DNA of 64,000 nt from Corallochytrium limacisporum Hawaii (taxonomy: Eukaryota > Protista > Pluriformea), in assembly GCA_002811645.1 (NCBI GenBank), contig PDIP01000085.1, forward strand, positions 24,594-88,593. Reading direction: 5' to 3'. Shown in pieces: positions 33,408-44,666 of this stretch; the stretch's first letter is position 1; every line of letters begins with the position of its first letter. The notes under the pieces are model-generated. The model was not told where the DNA came from, made no database searches, and saw nothing but the letters and a program-made list of their open reading frames with translations. The position numbers and the translations under genes were made by a program.

Positions 33408-33704
33408 TCATGAATCTGTGGCGTGTTCAAGTTTAATGCTAGGGAAATAATCGTAGTCTGTAATATTTTCTAGCAGAGGTGTGACTTGCATGGCATTGTT
33501 CTGCAGGGTAACCATGTGATTGGCACTGTTTTGTAGTTGCTGTGCACTAGTTTTCACGCCCTTGTCCGTGCCTTCGAGTGCTCGACGCATGCTCTCCAAT
33601 ACAGAGCCGATGTCTCGTTCCACATTGCTCTTAAACCCGCGTTTCCGCCCTTTTCGAGGGCTCCTTGGAGTCGTGCGGGGACTCCGTGGAGACGGTTCGG
33701 CCAT
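33408..33704 (-). CDS. Small coiled-coil protein, BLOC-1 subunit 3-like
   Basis: 98-aa ATG ORF; helical core ending LENITDYDYFPSI, resembling the BLOC1S3 C-terminal L.....LP.I pattern (recalled). Confidence 0.5.
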   Translation of the reverse strand: MAEPSPRSPRTTPRSPRKGRKRGFKSNVERDIGSVLESMRRALEGTDKGVKTSAQQLQNSANHMVTLQNNAMQVTPLLENITDYDYFPSIKLEHATDS

Positions 33705-34331
33705 TTTCTTTAAAGACTTTGTTGTGTATATGGTTTCCTTGTCTTCGACGTTGACATGTATAACAGCAGAACAAATACCACCAATTCGTTTGTCGTTTGC
33801 CCTATTCTAGGGTCCCTCGTCTGATCTCACACGCCCGTGTGGGTCCGTGTGTCTCTTCATGTTAACATTTCCTAATACCACTTCCACCAAAATATTTGTG
33901 ATGTGTCTATGCTATCTCTTTCTCTTTCTCTATCTGCAATTGGCGGCTGTTTACTGCTCTGAGAGGGTGGCAAGCGCAAACTCCGATCTGGGGCGGGGGC
34001 CAGAAGCCCCTGCAGCGATAAGGGCGAAGAGGGACACTTCCAGAGACGGAAGGAACCCCTCGAACCCAAACCCAACAATGCGGTGCGAGCTGTGGACGGG
34101 CTTCCACCTCGTTCGGATAGCCTGCAAAACGGCGCATCGGAACTCTTGCTGGAAGATTGCTTAGCAGCACAGGCCTACTCATCCAGCTCTGGAGACTTGC
34201 TTGCACGAGTGCGAGAAAGTAAAGGCCACGGGCATGCAGTCCCTTGGAGTATACGTACAACTCCATTAGACAGGATATTCATGTATGTATTTGGCTTAAA
34301 TTCTTTAACAATATTAGATGACTATGAGCAA

Positions 34332-34389
34332 GCGATCACTCTCATGTAAAGCAACATTTGTTGCGATCACTCTCATGTAAAGCAACATT
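34332..34389. repeat. 27-bp direct duplication with a palindromic junction
   Basis: GCGATCACTCTCATGTAAAGCAACATT occurs twice, separated by TGTT; the junction reads GCAACA-TT-TGTTGC. Confidence 0.9.
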
Positions 34390-34408
34390 GATGCCTGCAG
34401 TGGTGTTT

Positions 34409-34717
34409 TTACTCAAGACGGAAAATCTGCTTAAGACGCTCCGCGTCGACGTCTTCGTATGCGTGGCCAGTAACTGGTTCCTTTTGAACAATGGTAGATA
34501 ATTTTGTGTCCGTCTCTTGTGATTTCTTGTATTCATTCACGTCACTGAGCCAAACATCTAGTCCAGGTGCAATGTCTGTGCTGGCCAACTTTTCATATAG
34601 ACCGTATACTCCCTTTTCCTCCAGCGGATTGGTTGTTGACACTCCTTGCCATTTGGGTAGTTCCTTCTTTAACACCAAGTATGTCTTGTCCTTGAGTACA
34701 TCACCATCCGTTGCCAT
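34409..34717 (-). CDS. MED19: Mediator subunit 19 (short form)
   Basis: YLVLKKELP..STTNPL...YEK.....L..WLSD...LSTIVQKEPV...FRL matches the Med19 core pattern; no Lys-rich tail. Confidence 0.7.
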   Translation of the reverse strand: MATDGDVLKDKTYLVLKKELPKWQGVSTTNPLEEKGVYGLYEKLASTDIAPGLDVWLSDVNEYKKSQETDTKLSTIVQKEPVTGHAYEDVDAERLKQIFRLE

Positions 34718-34987
34718 TTTGTTTTTGTGTGTATGTTCACCGAACTTTGGTTGTTGTTTTGTGCCTATTTATTTTTCAGGACCGCTCATGTCCAATGCCG
34801 CTTCGTCACAAAGTGCTCGTCTTCAATAGCTTGTCAACTTTGGCGCGCCTACGGGACCGCAACCCGGAGCGAAGAGGTTCGAAAGAAAACATCCCCATAC
34901 CGATGGTACCAGTACCAGACCCCTCCCATCCCCATACGATCTGTAGTTTATATACCTATTTTTCCGCCAATTACCTCGCAGAGCAAT

Positions 34988-35060
34988 GCCGAAATAGCTC
35001 AGTTGGGAGAGCGCAAGACTGAAGTTCTTGAGGTCCCGTGTTCGATCCACGGTTTCGGCA
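34988..35060 (+). tRNA. tRNA-Phe(GAA), intronless
   Basis: GCCGAAA/TTTCGGC acceptor, CAAGA-CTGAAGT-TCTTG anticodon arm, GTTCGATCC; 73 nt; long oligo-T terminator. Confidence 0.97.
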
Positions 35061-35103
35061 GGTGCTCTGCTTTTTCTTTTTTTTTTTTCTTTTTTGCCAA
35101 TTT

Positions 35104-36397
35104 CCGGAGGCAACTGGACAAAGAAAACGAAATGCTTCGCGATGAACTCGAGTCCATGGAGGTGCAGTTGGAGGAAGCGGTCAATAAGAAGGCCTCGCAG
35201 CATACTTCAAGTATAGTGCAATCGCTGACCAATCTGCGTCGCAAGTCACGCTCGGTGCAGTGGTCACGCGCCTCTTTGGCATCAATCGGAGCCGGTGGCA
35301 TTGGTGTCGCCGGGGCGACTCAGACCACGACATCCATGGGCACCACTATTCAAGGGGAAGACCACTCACTGTGCGAAGCTGCCATTGAAGAGCTGGAGAA
35401 GACTCTGCGTGAACGTAGCGAGGAATTGAACAGATTTCGCGAAGAATTCACTTCCAATCAAGGACAAGCTTCCGTGAAGCAGGACGCTTGGGAAGCCCAG
35501 GACAGCCGCAAGCACACCCAACTGTGCCACAAGCTGCTCGGCATCTTGTCCGTCTTCGGCGAGGAAGTCAATACCGGCAACGATGTGGATGCACAAGTGC
35601 TCCTGCGTGCGTCAGAGTGCGTCACCAAGCAGCATGACGCGGTCATGAGGACGCGGGACCTCAATCGCAAGGTCAGGGACATGCAAATAACCATTCAAGG
35701 TCGGGAGGGCACTATGCACAGGCCACACAGTGCGAGACACCGTGAACAGCAGAACCGCTACGACCATGCCTACGAGAACCTGTGCAGTACGGAGCAGACT
35801 CAGAGCAATGTCACTGTCACGGCCCTGCAACGTCAGACGGATCGCTTGACGGAACACGGATTGAGGAGAAGCAGATGCGTCTTAAGGATGAAACCCTAAC
35901 ACACAAAGACGACATCATCCAGCGGCTAAACCAGCAGGTTGACAATCTACGAGATGTGGCTCCTGTGCCCGGTACCTCCAACCGTCTGCAGTCCACGAGC
36001 AGCCAAGAACTTGCCCGCACACGGTCGCGCTCGGGCAATGCACAAGCCTTACCAGATATTAGGGCGGAAGGCATCCTGAAAAGCGCTAAATGTCGATCGC
36101 GACAAAGAGCTACCGACGGGCAATTCGGTGGAAGCCATGAAACAGATGAAAAAGCAGACGGAAGAGCTACGGGCTAAGAGTGTGGAGGCTTCTCAACAGT
36201 ACGAGACCATGCGTGCGGCTGTGGCCCGGTTGGTTGGGATTGATTCTCGAGGCCTGGATCCGTCAGACGACAGCAAGATCATATCTCGTGTGGATCAATT
36301 CGTTCGCGATTGCCCGTGTTTCAATGACATGGTCATGTCTCTACAGGATCGATTGAGGCATTTTGAGAACGCCTCGATCAAGGCATCGCGTCCATGA
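35104..36397 (+). pseudogene. CCDC170-like coiled-coil gene, frameshifted and probably 5'-truncated
   Basis: VLLRASECVTKQHDAV...DLNRKVR and C-terminal RAAVARLVGIDSRGL..DSKIISRVDQFV resemble CCDC170; a continuous protein needs frame changes near 35855 and 36080. Confidence 0.6.
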
Positions 36398-38912
36398 GAG
36401 AAGGCAGACAAATTTTTGACTTACACTCCGAACATACATATCTCACTTGTGCGAACTCTTGCACGATTGACTCTCTGTAACAGGCGTCTATCACGTGGAG
36501 CAGAATGAAAACAGAGGGGGGGGGAGGGGGGGCTGTTGGGACGGTGGGGGTTGATTTCACTCACTTTCTGCTATTGTGAAACTACCACTGGGTGACCAAA
36601 CGGTCTTTAACGTCGTCATTGGGCACTCCAGGAGAGAGACCAGGACGTTCATGCTAATGTACAAAAAAGGTTGGGTTGAATATCATTCTCCTGTTGAACA
36701 TTGTTTGCCAGTTGCCGGCATTGCCATCTCCCACTGTGCATGTGTGGGTGTGTGAGACAGTGAGAGCAGGCTGGGCTGACTTTGGTCTATCGGCCAACTT
36801 TAGCAGTGTGTGCTCTCTTAGGAATGAAAATGGCCCATGATGAAGAATCCCTTTAGTCACCTCGGTTCCGCGCGTCCTGTGCTCGCTCCTTCATGCCCAC
36901 ATTGTGTGTGAACGTGATGCTGATGCCTCGCAGTGTCCCTTTCGTAGGGAGGCGATGTATCTCCCTCTGTGTGGTTTGCCGAACATTTACCGTGGCTGTC
37001 CGCTGCAGCCAGTACTTAGCTGCGGTTGCGGTCTACTCAACTGCGAGCGCCCCCCCCCCCAAGGGTGGTTCAAAAAAAGCCAGCGGAAATAAAACAGGCA
37101 AGTTGGTAGTGAATATCGCCACACGAAAGTCATCCAGAGTGTGCCCCCTCCGCCACCACCACCGTCCCTTTTTTCTTTTTTTTCTTTTTTCCCTGCTGTC
37201 TTGTGGCTTCCCTTTTTTCTTTCTGATGCATTTTTTTTTCTTGTTCCCTGGGGCCAAGGCTTCCAACAAACGAGGGAACTACTACTATGCAAAGGTTTGA
37301 GCCCCCCCCCCCCTCTTCTTCTTCCCGCGCCCAGGGTTGTTGGCCCGCTTTTCTCCCTGTGTTTCCTTTTGGCCCCTCTCCCCCACCAGCTCGCTTGTCG
37401 GCGCCTCGCGTGGTGTGCTGGTGCCCACTCAGTGCTCCCCGCCTTTCCAGCGGGGGAGGCCGGCCCGCGGGCAATGTTAGGCAAAAGGAGGAGAGGTTGA
37501 TATCATCACCACTGCTGGACAAAGCACAGCAGCGCGAAGCAGAAAGGTTAGTAGTATGCACATTGGAGAGCGAGGAGATGTACACACATGAAACCCGGTC
37601 AAAGGACTCTGCTCTGGAAACAAGTGAAGTATGGAGAGTAAGGATGGTCCTCCCGTACACACCTGAGGCGCCTATGAAAGTTCACGGCATATTTCAGCGA
37701 CCAACGGATGAAGCCATGTTTATCAGGAGCCACCCTCCCACCCATCCCTCCTGCTCACTCCGACAGCAGGCACACCTCATCAGCTCCCACTGCCAGCACA
37801 AGAGGCATCGGGTACGTTGAAGGGCGCTGAACGATCGACGGTATCTGCAAACACCTGCGCACGCGTAGAACCAAAAGAGGATCTAGAGGTGCACCCGACG
37901 TACGACAACAAATTGTCCACTGTTACATAACCTTGTGGCCTGCAGAGAGGAGAAGGATCTGTTCCTGTTCAACTCAGTGCTATAGCTGGTGGTGGTGAGG
38001 CACGAGCAATGGCATCTCCTGGGGCTGCAGATGAAGCCAATCTGGGGCTGGGAGTAAATAGAAAATTCATTGTCAGGCCCGGCGAATCCGGGAATGTATT
38101 ACGTAGAGGCGTCTTTGGCCAAACAGGGTGGCAATGCGAAGAAAGTTGTGCAGCCCAAAGTCAACGGGCCAGTGATGAATGATCACGGTAACTGGTCGTA
38201 ATCCAGAGATCGTCGATGATGCCGAATAACATAATACGCGTTTTATGCCCAAAATGCATCAATGACTTTACCATGTTACGTACTAAGTGTGGATGCTGAG
38301 CCTATGTGAATGGGCGGCCACGATTGGCTGCAATGCCAAGTACTAGAAATTGGGATACAGGAGGACCGACCTGGTGTGACAAGGGAGAGGTCCGTTCCGC
38401 TCTTGTGAACGTGAACACGATGTGCAGTAATAGTAGTTCACACGAAATACAGCGCGAACACATCCACAATGTCGTCTGGCTCACCATTGTTCAATACACA
38501 CAATAGCGAACTCCAACACCAACCGGACACAGGTTCCTATCGGTTGGTCGCCCGTGTGGTAGTGGCTGACCTTTCACACGTTTAATCATCATATGTTGGT
38601 TGCTCGACGGTGATCATTCAGCGCCACCTGGGTTTCTTCAAAATGTGCACTCCCCCCCTTTCTCCCCAACGCCTGCCTGCTCATTGATCACCCAAATCCG
38701 CACTGTGTTCTATGAATAGTAGCTCGGTTGTAAATTCCCCACACCTCCTTACAACTTATTGGTTTTGGTGCCCGCCCCTCCTTGCTCCCCCTTTGACCCG
38801 CGGATGTATTCTATGGGTTGTCGGGGTGCCCGCGATCGTACGTGCGCATGTGCTTCCATTGGGAGTTCGTGGGCACCGTAGTCTCCTTGGCCGGGGAAGG
38901 GGGGCCGGCTTC

Positions 38913-38935
38913 TCCTTCTCTCTCTCTCTCTCTGC

Positions 38936-39016
<81 letters not shown>

Positions 39017-39048
39017 TCTCTCTCTCTCTTCCTCTCTCTCTTCCTCTC
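38913..39048. repeat. Long (CT)n microsatellite
   Basis: About 135 bp of interrupted (CT)n. Confidence 0.95.
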
Positions 39049-40908
39049 AAACCTTTCTCTCGCTTTCCCCAACGTCCCCCCTCCCTCCCCCGGTGCGCCC
39101 GCCTCCGTTCTTCCGTCCGCGTTTCCCGTCTCTCTCACCGGTTCTCTCGTACGACCGCCATTGGCAGAAAAAAATGTCGGGGCGTACTCATATGTTAAGT
39201 ACTGAAAATGGACATTGTGCAGAAACACCGGCGGAGTTTTGGGGGGGGGGGAATTTGTCTGGCCTTGGCCTCCCCCAGCGGGGAGGGGGGCTGTCGTGCC
39301 AGTTTTTCTCAAGCGGCAGAGTTTTCTTTTTTTCCCGAGACATTCGCACCGAAGGGACTCCTCCCCTGCCACTCCACGGCCCATTTCTCAGTGCCCAATC
39401 GCTTAAACTACCGCAGCGGAGTCTTTCAGTCCGATCCGTTGCGATGCCCTCCCGCGGTCCCCATTCGCGGTGGAGCGGTCGAGGGTTGGGCGCACACACA
39501 CACACACACCCCTCTCCAGCCAGACCCGCTGGGTCCCCGCGGCGGGGAGGGGGGCCGCCTTTTTAACTATCGCAGAAGAACTGGGAAAAAAAAATTTTGA
39601 CGGGGGGACTGGGAACTGGGGAGATGGACATTGGGGGCCACATGGGATCGGGTCGTTTGCGCTGGGGGGTGAAGACACGTCCAACTACGGTGACGAGTGC
39701 AGTGCTACATGGTTGTTTGGATTTCATTGCGCTATCCTGTGCGAACTTTGGATCCACATGCATGTGTGGGACCCGGTGCCGTGTGGTGGTAGAGTCGTGT
39801 TGGCTCATTATACGATGGGATTAGTAAGGAGCTATGGTCTTATGCTGCTATGACATGGTCCATATGGGGGGGGTTTGCACCCTCAGTGTGATTGTGCAAC
39901 ATCTTCGGGCATTGTGGACACCTATTTGTTAAGAAGTGCCCCAGAGATGGCCATGCACACCCACGTACGTATACACATAAGTAGAGAAAGGGAGAGCGAG
40001 AGGAAACTACAGCGGAAGCACACCTTGCACCGAATGGAGTGCATGTGGCTGTACACACCACCCGCCCCATGTGAGACGCGATCGCATGTATCCCTCGCCC
40101 CATCCCCGCTTTGCCACACACTGAGTACTGCGAGGAGCTCCCTGTGTCGGCTGGTGGTTTGAAATCACGGGTCGGGCGAGGGGCGCACGGTTGGATTGGT
40201 AGTGCCGCTTCTTTTGACTTCTGGTCCGGTGTGAACTGGCAAAGTTGGACGGATGAACGTCACTGATGACCCCTTTCATCCGGCACACGAGGCCAACTGC
40301 GGAAGTTTTTTATTTCGGTTGTGCTTTGAACATCCACCTGCCATCGGCAACGTTTGCTCGCCAAGTGCTGTACGATGCAGTTTGATTTTTGAAAACCGGG
40401 ATCAATTGGACTTGCAATATCGGATCCCACACACATACACACCCGTTTTATCCTTCTCCTTCCTCCCCAAAATTGCACTGAGCACAAGCATTGCCAAAGG
40501 ACAAAGTATTGTATGCGCACAAGTAACAGAACAGCACTTAACCACAAGAGAAAACCAATACATTCCACTTCCACAGCATTGCAACAATAATCATCCACAA
40601 GGGCATGCAACCGACCGCGGGTTCCAGAGGTGTGCCTTACTCTGCTGCCCTTTTCAAATTTCTGCTGTTGGATCCTGAGTGCGTATCTCCACCGTCCCGT
40701 CATTTTCTGACCCGCAGGGGACCCCGCCCCCCCGGGGCCGGAGCAACGAACGCGTCGTGCGCGGCTATGGCTCAGGAACCCGCCCCACGCACCCTCGGCG
40801 AAGGCGAATGATTGGCTGGAGCACGGTAAAAATTAGGCCCCCGTTCTACACAGCCTGAGCAGTGGGGTATGGACGAAGCCCACTCTGTCAATTTCTCTGT
40901 GGCGAGCA

Positions 40909-41070
40909 ATGGGCGCCCATCTATGTGCGGTCTGGCGGGCCATCTGGGCGGGGTTTGCGGAAGCCGTTGAAGGGGCCGCGTTGAAGGCGAAGAAGTCCGT
41001 AGATCGTGATCTGAATCGAACAAAACATGATCAAGATGGGGAAACTTTGTACACAGAACGCAAGGAATAG
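40909..41070 (+). CDS. Candidate 53-aa microprotein with an N-myristoylation-like start
   Basis: MGAHLCAVWRAIWAGFAEAVEGAALKAKKSVDRDLNRTKHDQDGETLYTERKE*; ends 144 bp from the convergent ECH1 stop. Confidence 0.35.
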   Translation: MGAHLCAVWRAIWAGFAEAVEGAALKAKKSVDRDLNRTKHDQDGETLYTERKE

Positions 41071-41214
41071 GAGAATGAAATGATCTATTCATAAATAGGT
41101 AGAGGAACGCACGTTCAATACTTGATCAGAGGGTAAAGGGAAACCACTTTCGTGGATTCAGTTCAGATGTCCCACTACGTTCTGTGCTGTCTGCAATAGC
41201 GTTGCAGAGATTAA

Positions 41215-42189
41215 TCAGAGCTTGGAGAAAGTAGCTTTACTCTTCTGCATGAAGGCCATGACAGATTGGGGAATGTCCTCGGTCTGCAGCATTACAGAGT
41301 TCAGGGTGCAGACGTAGTCCAAACCCTCAGCCACGCTATGGTCGCGTGAGTAGTTCAGGACCTGTTTCGTGGTCTGCACACCAACAGGACCCTTGGTGGC
41401 GATCTCCTTGGCAAGCGTTAGCGCAGCTTCCATAGCATGGTCGCGGGTCTCGAACACGCGACCCACGAAGCCCCACTTTTCAGCCTCTTCGGCACTGAAG
41501 TTGCGAGCCGAATAGGCCAGCTCCCGCACCATAGAGTCGTTGCCAGTAATCTTGGGCACGCGCTGCAGGGTACCAACGTCGGCAGCAAGGCCTACATCAA
41601 CTTCCTTGATGTTCATAACACAGTCTTTGCTAGCGTAACGGATGTCAGCAGCAGAGATAAGGTCGATAGCGCCACCGATGGTGGCCCCATGGGTGACGGC
41701 GATAACGGGCTTGTGGCAGTTTTCCATGGCAGTAAAGCTGTCCTGCAACTTGGCGACTGCACGTTTGGTGATAATGGCTTTGCGAGCCGGATCATCACCC
41801 TTATAACCGTCCTGCCACACCGGGTTCACCATATCCTCAAGATCCAGACCTGCGCTAAAATGCTTGCCAGCTCCCGACACGATCACACAACGCCATTCCG
41901 GGTCATCAGCGATTTTTTGGAACACCTCACGGTACTCGACCCAGAAAGTCTTGTTCATGGTGTTCAGCTTTTTCGGGCGGTTCAGCTCGACATTCAGAAC
42001 ATAATCCGCCAAAGGCTTAACCGACAAAGTCTCGTAGTTACCGTATGCACTAGCGGCTTCCACAGCCTCAGTACTTAGATTGCGGACAGCACTCATGGTG
42101 ATTGCTGGATATATGGTCTTGGCTGCGAAGGTGCTAATAGGGGATCCGAGAGTCAAACGATTTGCTTGGCGCGCGACAAGTCTCAACAT
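41215..42189 (-). CDS. ECH1: Delta3,5-delta2,4-dienoyl-CoA isomerase
   Basis: Crotonase fold, FSAGLDL, IKEVDVGLAADVGTLQR; presequence-like N-terminus and C-terminal SKL (PTS1). Confidence 0.96.
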   Translation of the reverse strand: MLRLVARQANRLTLGSPISTFAAKTIYPAITMSAVRNLSTEAVEAASAYGNYETLSVKPLADYVLNVELNRPKKLNTMNKTFWVEYREVFQKIADDPEWRCVIVSGAGKHFSAGLDLEDMVNPVWQDGYKGDDPARKAIITKRAVAKLQDSFTAMENCHKPVIAVTHGATIGGAIDLISAADIRYASKDCVMNIKEVDVGLAADVGTLQRVPKITGNDSMVRELAYSARNFSAEEAEKWGFVGRVFETRDHAMEAALTLAKEIATKGPVGVQTTKQVLNYSRDHSVAEGLDYVCTLNSVMLQTEDIPQSVMAFMQKSKATFSKL

Positions 42190-43036
42190 TGGTAATGAAA
42201 CCGTTCTTCGGTGCCATAGAGCATTGTTTTGTCAGCTTAATCGACACCGTTTCGTTAGCAAAGCAAGCCTCCTTAAATAGAACAGTCTGTCCAACACACA
42301 CTTTATCAAAAATAGAATAGCATCTTGCGTTGCCAAGTGTAAGTATGGCATTACATCTATGAACTCAAGGCACCACAGAAGCCCCTTGTGTCAGGTGACT
42401 TACTCGGTTCGACAAGCCTTCAAGCTTGTCGGAGAGAATTGAACATCTGGAACGGTCGCAACAACCGAGGCGAGTATGCTGTGCAAGCCAAAACTAGGTT
42501 CGGATGTATGCAGAAGCGCATCGAGATAGTGCAGCGAGGTTGGGAGCTCTTCCTGCACTTTTCTCTAACCCTTCGGACACCTCGAAAAATTGGTACTGTT
42601 AACACCGCTACCTGTATTCTTTCTTTAGCCTTGGGTGTGTCTTTTCACGAGCTTTGGGTTGATGAAATTCGGTCCATATGCATCAAACCGTCAGTACAAC
42701 CACTGGCACCTTCCATCGGCGCTCACGCCGGGCGTGCAAAAAGTCATTCATTTAGTACTGTGGTCGCAACCCCTCGTAGCGGTTCCGGTACACGGAAGTT
42801 TCCACCGATTTCTATTTTTAGGCCCCTGCTTCAACCCGTTCCTCCGGTGCCTTTTGGCCCCCCCCTCCGTTCCTGGCTTTTGTTCAAGGCTCCCTCTTTG
42901 TTCTAAGGAGCCGTGCTTCCTTGGAATTATTCAATGAGGGCTTCAGCTACTATCCAATCGGTCGTTCAGTATTTAACTGCAATTTAGGGTTTCAGGTATA
43001 CTGTGTTTGTGTTTTTGTTGCTCCTCGCTCTCTCTG

Positions 43037-43040
<4 letters not shown>

Positions 43041-43072
<32 letters not shown>
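43041..43072. repeat. (CT)n microsatellite in the ECH1/CAPZA divergent spacer
   Basis: Pure CT array. Confidence 0.95.
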
Positions 43073-43076
<4 letters not shown>

Positions 43077-43763
43077 CCTTGGCTCTTCAACCCCACCGCC
43101 ACACTCAGCAACGTACGTTTTGTTCGCAGTGTCGTTCCGCGTAGGGTCGGGCCTGTGTGTGTGTGCGCTTGCCACTTGTCGCTACGGGGAGAGCGGCGTC
43201 GGAACGGCGCGCAAAGAAAATTGCTTTTCTTTTTTTTTTTTTTTTTTTTGCTCTTTTGCCATTGCTGGCCCTTCGGGCCCGTAGCTTTCCCCCCCCCCTC
43301 CCACGGGCGCGCGTTTTGTGTGAGAGAAGGGGGAGAGAGAGTGAGGGCGGGAGGCGAAGTTTGCAAGTGAATCAGAGGCCGGTCTTTTCGAGGGACAGGA
43401 CCCCGGGGGGACCGCGGTCCCAAGGCAAAACAGCGAGCCGCTCAGTAGCGAAAACACAGGGACTCGGCCACTCGGGGAGGGGTAAACAGCCAATCACGGG
43501 CAGGTGCCGGAGGGTGAAGGGGAGCTCACAACGGAGGGCGCGGGAGGCGATGAACTGTCCGAAGGAGAAACGATGAGGGCAAGTGGCTTGGGTACTTGAA
43601 GGTAATGCTTCATTCAGTATGAGCAATACATTCTGGAGTGCGTAGAAAAAGGTTTATAAGAGACGAGAGGAAGAAGGAAAGCGGTGGAAGTCAGCGTATC
43701 ATTGGCATAGCCACCCGTATTACAGAGACTGGACAGATTCCCAAACATTGGCTAGATCACAAG

Positions 43764-44591
43764 ATGGCAGGCAGAGAGGAAGCAGTCAAGAACCTGCTAT
43801 GGCGGGCACCTCCAGGAGAGTTCCAAGATGTATTGGGCAGTATCAAAACCGTGGTTCAAGACGACTCGTTGGTCGAATCTGCAGGCAAGGAAGCTTTCGT
43901 GCACAACTCTGAGCTTTACTTTAGCGAAACGCCGGTGGACGGTAGCAACAAGCCGGCCTTGGTCACTCCGTTCAATCGAGTAGAAGGAGAAGATGAATAC
44001 TATGACCCCCGGTCGGGCATGAAGTTCCGTTTCGATCACGTACAGAAGGCTGCCGCAGACTTTGAAGAGTTTGGCAACTCCGGGAAAGATGACCAAAAGC
44101 GTTTAGCGATTGAGAAGGCCGTGGATAACTACGTCACTGAGTATTACACCGGTGGTAATGCCACGGTGGTTCAGGTCGATGAGAATACCTATGTGATCTG
44201 CGTCAAGGGTCAGCGATTCAACAGCCAGAACTTTTGGAACGGTGCCTGGGCCAACACGTACCGCATCGACTTGACCAAGAAGGAAATTCAGGGAGAGCTC
44301 CGAATTGTCGTGCACTACTTTGAGGACGGCAATGTTCAACTACACGCCTCCAAGGATGTCTCCGGGTCTGTGACGGCTACTGATGCTGACGGCATTGCCA
44401 ACGACGCAGTCAACATGCTGAAGAAGGAAGAGACTGCCTACCAAAACGCTTTGTCCGAGACCTACAGTGACCTCAGCCAGGGTACCTTCAAGAGTCTGCG
44501 GCGGCAGCTGCCTGTCACCCGCGAACTCATCGACTGGGGCAAGATCTCAAGCTACAGGGTGGGTAAGGATCTGCCCGGCGGCGGATCGTAA
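43764..44591 (+). CDS. CAPZA: F-actin capping protein alpha subunit
   Basis: APPGEF, NFWNG.W, VHYFEDGNVQL, FKSLRRQLPVTR..IDW.KI.SY; ATG at 43764. Confidence 0.98.
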   Translation: MAGREEAVKNLLWRAPPGEFQDVLGSIKTVVQDDSLVESAGKEAFVHNSELYFSETPVDGSNKPALVTPFNRVEGEDEYYDPRSGMKFRFDHVQKAAADFEEFGNSGKDDQKRLAIEKAVDNYVTEYYTGGNATVVQVDENTYVICVKGQRFNSQNFWNGAWANTYRIDLTKKEIQGELRIVVHYFEDGNVQLHASKDVSGSVTATDADGIANDAVNMLKKEETAYQNALSETYSDLSQGTFKSLRRQLPVTRELIDWGKISSYRVGKDLPGGGS

Positions 44592-44666
44592 GCGATAGTA
44601 CACACACGAGCTGTAAACAATACAAGACAGTCACTAGAGTCACATATAACCGCATAGGCATTTCTT

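Noticed and set aside
41215-42189. Dual mitochondrial/peroxisomal targeting of ECH1
   Set aside because: Real, but already established for this family; not novel.
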